From the NCBI RefSeq assembly GCF_008000775.2, contig NZ_CP042905.2, forward strand, positions 1-32,000: a stretch of 32,000 nt of DNA, given 5' to 3'. The notes below the pieces were generated by a model, which made no database searches, was not told the DNA's origin, and saw only the letters and a list, made by a program, of their open reading frames with translations. The stretch is from Promethearchaeum syntrophicum (GTDB lineage: Archaea > Asgardarchaeota > Lokiarchaeia > Sigyniarchaeales > Promethearchaeaceae). Positions 26,730 through 32,000 of this stretch are shown here, piece after piece. The position numbers and the translations under genes were made by a program. Position 1 is the stretch's first letter. Every line of letters begins with the position of its first letter.

Positions 26730-29222
26730 GTGACATACATGAAACCAATTCATTATAACATACACTTAGAGCCAGATTTAGAAAATTTTGTTTTTAGCGG
26801 TTTAGCAGAAATAGAAATTGATTTGGAAAATCCATCAGAAAAGATAATTCTTAATGGAAAAGACATGGTAATTCAAAAATGCAATATGATTAGAGGAGAT
26901 AATGTAAAAGAGTGTAGTTTCAACTTTGAAGAAAAAAATGAAGAAATTACTATCAAATTACCCGAAGAGATGAGCGGAACGATAAGTTTAAAGCTTGAGT
27001 TTACAGGTAACTTAAATGAAAACATGCTTGGTTTTTATCGAAGTAAATACATGTATCAAGGTGAAACTAAACGGTTAGCATCAACCCAATTTGAAGAACG
27101 TGAAGCCAGAGCAGCGTTTCCATGTTTCGATCATCCATCTAAGAAAGCAACTTTCGACATTGAATATATTGTTTCTGAAGAATTAATGGCAATTTCTAAT
27201 ACAGAAATCATTGAAGAGAAATCATTAGGAAACGGTAAAAAATTAGTTAAATTTGCCCGAACACCAATAATGAGTTCATATTTATTATATTTCGGTGTTG
27301 GTCCTTTTGAAATGATTGAAGATACCTCAATAAAACCAACAATTAGAGCAATAACTGCTTTAGGAAAAATTGAATATGCGCAATTAGCATTGGAGTTTGG
27401 TAGGAAATCAATAACCTATGGAGAAGAATATACTGGTGTACCCTTCCCAATTTCAAAATGTGATTATATAGCAGTTCCTGACTTTGCATTTGGAGCCATG
27501 GAAAATTATGGTGCTATTACATTTAGAGAGAATGCAATGCTTTATTATCCTGGTAAAACATCAACGATGGAACTCATTAGAATAGTGAGTATAATAGCAC
27601 ATGAAACGGCTCATATGTGGTTTGGAGATTTAGTTTCTCCAATTGATTGGAAATATATCTGGTTAAACGAATCATTTGCTACGTATTTTACATATTCAAT
27701 TCCCGATCATTATTATCCTGAATGGGATATTTGGAAAGTGTTTATTTTAGAATCGATTTTAGGTGGAATGGAGCGAGACACACTCAAATTTTCAGTTCCC
27801 GTTGAATTGATTGGAGAAGGAGAAGAAATAAATCTTGATGCTTCAAGCGCGCCAATTATCTATCAAAAAGGCGCTGCAGTGATTAAAATGTTAAACAGCT
27901 ATTTGGATGATGACAAATTTAAACAGGGAATCAAATTTTTCCTTGAGAAATATAAATTTAAATGTGCATCAAGTGATGATTACTGGGAAGCTTTTGAAGA
28001 AGCTACAGGAGAACCAATCAAAGAATTTGCAGATCATTGGATTCATCAAGAAGGATATCCTATAATTGATGTTAAACGAAAAAATAATCAATTATTATTG
28101 AAACAATCGCGTTTTACATTTTTACCTAATAATTCAGATTATAAATGGTTAATACCCGTAAATATTAAACTTTTTCTAAACAACGGAGAAACTGATATAA
28201 TTAAAGTAGTTTTCAAAGAAAGAGAAACGGCAATTCCTATTCCTGAAAATACTGATGCATTTAAACTTAACTTCATGCAAAGCGGATTTTATCGAGTGAA
28301 ATATGAAGAGGTGATTTTAGAAAAACTGGGTAAATTGATATTAGAAGGAAAATTTTCACCTGAAGACATATTTGGAATCTCAAATGATCTTTATGCTTTG
28401 ATTCGTAGAGGAGATTATACCCTTGAGTATTATTTGAAATTCTTAGGAGATTATTATCGAAATGTTGATCATTTTTTACCAATGATTGATATTTTTACAA
28501 ACTTGAAAAAATTACATTTGATATTACCGAGTAAACGGGAAGAAATTAGCCAATTAGGGCGAGAATTATCTGAAGTTGCTCTTGATAAAATAGGACTTTA
28601 TCCTAAAGAAGGCGAAAATGTCCAAATAAAAGGACTTCGAGAATCATTATTAAGAAGTGCCTGTATATATGGATCAGAGAAAATTATAATTTATTGTGAA
28701 AAAAAATTCCAGAACCTTCTAAATGGAGAAACAATTAATTCTGATATCATTTCCAGTGTTTTAAAAGCAGGAGCATTTTCAAATCTTGATGCAGATGACT
28801 ATTTTAAGAAGCAATTAAAAGATGAAAAAGCATCCGAAGGCGAAAAGGTTCGAATTTTAAATGCTTTAGCATGTTATAAAGATAAAAATAAATTGAAAGA
28901 ACTGTTGGAATTCAATTTTAAGGAAGTTCCTAAGAGAAATCGGTTAAATATTCTTTACGGAATTTTAAAAAACCCTGAATCTCAAGATTGGTTATGGGAG
29001 TGGTACTTGAAAAATTTCCAAACAATTATGAAAGAATATCCCTCAATGCATGCAACAATGTCAATTGCTGCGGTGGTTCCAATTGTGGGAATTGGGCATG
29101 AAGAAGAGGTAGAGAATTTTCTTGAACCCCTTATGAAACAAATGCCACGGGCTACAGCTACTATCAAAATGGCTCTAGAATCTTTAGAACTTTACTCGAA
29201 TTTTATTAAGAAAAACTCATAA
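26730..29222 (+). CDS. M1 family zinc aminopeptidase (tricorn interacting factor F2/F3-like)
   Basis: 830 aa; FAFGAMENYGAI, HETAHMWFGDLV...WLNESFATYF. Confidence 0.95.
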   Translation: MTYMKPIHYNIHLEPDLENFVFSGLAEIEIDLENPSEKIILNGKDMVIQKCNMIRGDNVKECSFNFEEKNEEITIKLPEEMSGTISLKLEFTGNLNENMLGFYRSKYMYQGETKRLASTQFEEREARAAFPCFDHPSKKATFDIEYIVSEELMAISNTEIIEEKSLGNGKKLVKFARTPIMSSYLLYFGVGPFEMIEDTSIKPTIRAITALGKIEYAQLALEFGRKSITYGEEYTGVPFPISKCDYIAVPDFAFGAMENYGAITFRENAMLYYPGKTSTMELIRIVSIIAHETAHMWFGDLVSPIDWKYIWLNESFATYFTYSIPDHYYPEWDIWKVFILESILGGMERDTLKFSVPVELIGEGEEINLDASSAPIIYQKGAAVIKMLNSYLDDDKFKQGIKFFLEKYKFKCASSDDYWEAFEEATGEPIKEFADHWIHQEGYPIIDVKRKNNQLLLKQSRFTFLPNNSDYKWLIPVNIKLFLNNGETDIIKVVFKERETAIPIPENTDAFKLNFMQSGFYRVKYEEVILEKLGKLILEGKFSPEDIFGISNDLYALIRRGDYTLEYYLKFLGDYYRNVDHFLPMIDIFTNLKKLHLILPSKREEISQLGRELSEVALDKIGLYPKEGENVQIKGLRESLLRSACIYGSEKIIIYCEKKFQNLLNGETINSDIISSVLKAGAFSNLDADDYFKKQLKDEKASEGEKVRILNALACYKDKNKLKELLEFNFKEVPKRNRLNILYGILKNPESQDWLWEWYLKNFQTIMKEYPSMHATMSIAAVVPIVGIGHEEEVENFLEPLMKQMPRATATIKMALESLELYSNFIKKNS

Positions 29223-29473
29223 TATTTTTCTTGAATTGTTGATTTTTTTTTTCAATTTTAGATATTTTGTCGGAGTTATTATGATATTAGAACGATTTAC
29301 TGTTTTTGGTTAATACTGTCTAATTTTTCTAGTAAAATAAATAAAATTTAAAAGAGTACTCGATCAAATAGTTTTTAATGAGAGATTTTTTTATTTACCT
29401 CTCAATATAACATCTTAAAACAAAACAAAAATTTAATTTGTAAGTATACTCAATTTTAGAAGGAATTGCAAAA

Positions 29474-29716
29474 ATGATACCTTATGGAAATAGAAGAACC
29501 CGTTTATCAGGGATAATTAAAGATTTTCACCAAAACCACGCAAAGATCGAATTTCCTTCATGTAACCATAAACAAATTTCGGTTCCTAGGAATTTTATTC
29601 ATTCTGATATTAAAAATATTGTGGGAAAAAAGCAAGATATGGAAATTGAAACATGGTTTCTAAGAAAGAATAGAATCATACCCCTAAATGAAACCTATAA
29701 ACCCGAATTTAGATAA
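29474..29716 (+). CDS. Small hypothetical protein
   Basis: 80 aa ORF, preceded by gaaggaatt; no recognised domain. Confidence 0.4.
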   Translation: MIPYGNRRTRLSGIIKDFHQNHAKIEFPSCNHKQISVPRNFIHSDIKNIVGKKQDMEIETWFLRKNRIIPLNETYKPEFR

Positions 29717-29728
29717 TTTTTTCCTTAA

Positions 29729-31999
29729 TTAATAAAATACTCCTTGTTTTCTTGAAATATATTTGATTAATTCAAAGGGTCCGATGCAACATAATATTGC
29801 AATTCCGAAGCATATAGCCCAATCTTCAATCCTGAGGAAAACGAAATTAAATTGAATACCAAAATTTGAAGTTGCTAAAGCAATTTGCAGATTGGGAATA
29901 TACATTATTAAGAGATAGATTAAGAACAATAATCCAATTACAATATACATAAATTTATTTCCTTCTTTGAAGCTTTTAATAATTGACATATTTGGACGAC
30001 GGATTTGTACAGCTAATGCACACTCGCAGAAATAGAGCGTTGTCATAAGCATAGTAAGTGTTTTTGCTTGAATTACGTCTACTCCACTCCACAACTCAGT
30101 TGTAGCGCTTGTAAATAAATAATACGGATTTAATTTTCCTAATTCTGTATTCCGATTCGTAATTGATATTGGGGCATTAATATAAAGGAAATATATAACC
30201 AACATGGCTAGTGCTAACAACGCACCATAAGAAATCAGTAAAAACATATATTTTTTTGATATTATTTCCTCGGAATTTCGAGGTTTTTCTTTCATTACAT
30301 TTTTTGATATCGTATCAAAGGTTAAAATTAACCCAGGAATAGTATGTAATGTTAATGACAAAAACACCCATTGATACGAAAATTCTTCACTTAGAAAATA
30401 GGGAAGTTTCTTTATCACAACTAAATAAAATTGGACAATTCCTTCAAATAGATTTGTGCAAATGAAGAAAAATACTAAGGATCGAATGTTCGCAAAAATT
30501 CCTCTCCCTTGGTGAACCCCTTTTACAATAGAAGAGAAGGAATCGTCTGAAATAATCATATCTGAAGCTTCTTTCGCAACATCGGTTCCAGATATCCCCA
30601 TTGCAATTCCTGCATCAGCCATGTTTAAAGCCAACGCATCATTTACACCATCTCCAGTCATAGCAACAATTTTATTAGCGTCTTTATATCTTTCAACAAT
30701 AATTTGCTTATGTTTCGGGCTGACTCGTGCAAAAACTTTGATATTGAAAAATTCTTCAGAACTTTCCAATTTTTCAATCTTATCACCTTCAATTGCAATT
30801 TCTTTTCCATTTTCTTTTGTTAAAATTGATATTTGTGATGCAATTGCTTTCGCTGTCATTAATGAATCTCCGGTGATCATAATAACATCAATTCCGGCTT
30901 TATGACAATTTTCTATAGATTCTTTTACTCCTTCTCTGGGCGGGTCCATAATTGCAACAAAACCAATATATATAAGATCTTTTTCAATAATATCTCGTAA
31001 TTCTTCATCATCTACATCCTTAGGGAGTTCATCCATTACATTATAAGCCAAACTAAGTATTCTATAACCTTGCCGCGCATATTCATTAGCAGTATTCATT
31101 ACTACAAGTTTCATCTCATCAATGAAATCGAATGATTTATTTTCATCCCCCAAGAATTTAGAACTTGACATTATTAAGATTTCACTTGCACCTTTAGTGA
31201 ATACGTAATATTTACCATCTTCAGAGTTCTTAAAAACTTTTGACATGCGTTTTAATAATGAACTAAATGGATATTCTTTGATTTGTTCAAACTGCTCTAC
31301 ATCTTTTTTCTTCATTATCTTTTTATAAAAAGATACTAAAGCTCCTTCAGTCGGTGAACCTAATACTTTCCAATCGATAAAGCATTTTTTACCAACCTCT
31401 ATTTCATGTTTGATGAGGGATGCATTGTTATTTAGAAAACCAGCAGTAAGCAGTAATTTCAAATGTGGAAAATTATCAATATCTTCGACTTTTTGAGGTT
31501 CATTTATTTTATCTTTTAAGGTTATATCTCCTTTTGGTACATATCCAGACCCTGATACTGAAAAACGTGATCCTCGTACCCATATATGTTGAACACTCAT
31601 CTGTCCTTTAGTTAAAGTGCCAGTTTTATCAGAGCAAACAACCGATACTCGTCCTAATGAATCAACTGAGGTAAGATTTCGGACAATTATACCAGTCTCA
31701 GCCATTACTAGGACACCAGTTAACATTACAATAGTAGTAAGTAAAGGGATATTAATTGGCATAATATCCATAGCTGAATATAAACCGGGGATTATTGCAA
31801 TTTCACCTGTTGTGATATAAAGAATAATAACTACTGCAATCCATGCTGCCATAACCCCAATACCAAACCATTTTCCAATATTATTGAGTTTTTTACGAAT
31901 CGGAATTTCTGTTGAATTTGAATCTTGTAGTCCTTGAGAAATTTTACCAATTTCAGTATTTAGCCCAGTTTGAACTACTATAGCTAAGGCATTTCCCAT
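29729..31999 (-). CDS. Cation-transporting P-type ATPase, P2-like, 5' end truncated by the window edge
   Basis: 756 aa partial; CSDKTGTLTKGQM, KGASEILI, IMDPPREGVKE, MTGDGVNDALALNMADAGIAMG; translation runs off the window end. Confidence 0.93.
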   Translation of the reverse strand: MGNALAIVVQTGLNTEIGKISQGLQDSNSTEIPIRKKLNNIGKWFGIGVMAAWIAVVIILYITTGEIAIIPGLYSAMDIMPINIPLLTTIVMLTGVLVMAETGIIVRNLTSVDSLGRVSVVCSDKTGTLTKGQMSVQHIWVRGSRFSVSGSGYVPKGDITLKDKINEPQKVEDIDNFPHLKLLLTAGFLNNNASLIKHEIEVGKKCFIDWKVLGSPTEGALVSFYKKIMKKKDVEQFEQIKEYPFSSLLKRMSKVFKNSEDGKYYVFTKGASEILIMSSSKFLGDENKSFDFIDEMKLVVMNTANEYARQGYRILSLAYNVMDELPKDVDDEELRDIIEKDLIYIGFVAIMDPPREGVKESIENCHKAGIDVIMITGDSLMTAKAIASQISILTKENGKEIAIEGDKIEKLESSEEFFNIKVFARVSPKHKQIIVERYKDANKIVAMTGDGVNDALALNMADAGIAMGISGTDVAKEASDMIISDDSFSSIVKGVHQGRGIFANIRSLVFFFICTNLFEGIVQFYLVVIKKLPYFLSEEFSYQWVFLSLTLHTIPGLILTFDTISKNVMKEKPRNSEEIISKKYMFLLISYGALLALAMLVIYFLYINAPISITNRNTELGKLNPYYLFTSATTELWSGVDVIQAKTLTMLMTTLYFCECALAVQIRRPNMSIIKSFKEGNKFMYIVIGLLFLIYLLIMYIPNLQIALATSNFGIQFNFVFLRIEDWAICFGIAILCCIGPFELIKYISRKQGVFY

Positions 32000-32000
32000 G

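Noticed and set aside
28273-28482. Minus-strand ORFs inside the aminopeptidase (also 28982-29167)
   Set aside because: Antisense to a continuous 830 aa M1 peptidase.
30621-30905. Plus-strand ORFs at 30621-30905 and 31617-31820
   Set aside because: Antisense to the P-type ATPase coding sequence.

Overview
The window is an AT-rich archaeal chromosome segment dominated by information-processing genes. It shows no CRISPR array, transposon or rRNA. From left to right it contains: an Orc1/Cdc6 gene, an unassigned variant-SWIM protein and the PolD small subunit (DP1); the divergently transcribed PolD large subunit (DP2) with a small Zn-ribbon protein; a tRNA-Ser(UGA) with an insertion in the D-loop; a phosphotransferase, a membrane protein and a HAD phosphatase; a free-standing ThrRS-type editing domain next to a Trm11/TrmG10-like THUMP methyltransferase; tRNA-Lys(CUU); isolated uL2 and archaeal SAM synthetase genes; a small PIP-box protein and archease; the conserved proteasome-exosome superoperon (psmA, SBDS, rrp4, rrp41, rrp42, eL43, pcc1, then an unassigned coiled-coil gene); an EFR1-like flavodoxin/ferredoxin; a DUF2110 protein; a tRNA-Val(UAC) with a D-loop insertion; an M1 aminopeptidase; and a partial P-type ATPase. 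I did not find an obviously new multigene system. The most notable observations are candidate D-loop introns at nearly the same position in two of the three tRNA genes, both built around a 5'-TGGT/RCCA-3' helix; an orphan ~85 aa protein with a textbook PCNA-interacting motif; an HxC...CxH zinc-motif protein between orc1 and DP1; a 90-residue Lys/Glu/Pro tail on Rrp41; and non-canonical transmembrane ion-site residues in the P-type ATPase. All family calls come from reading the sequence; no database search was run.
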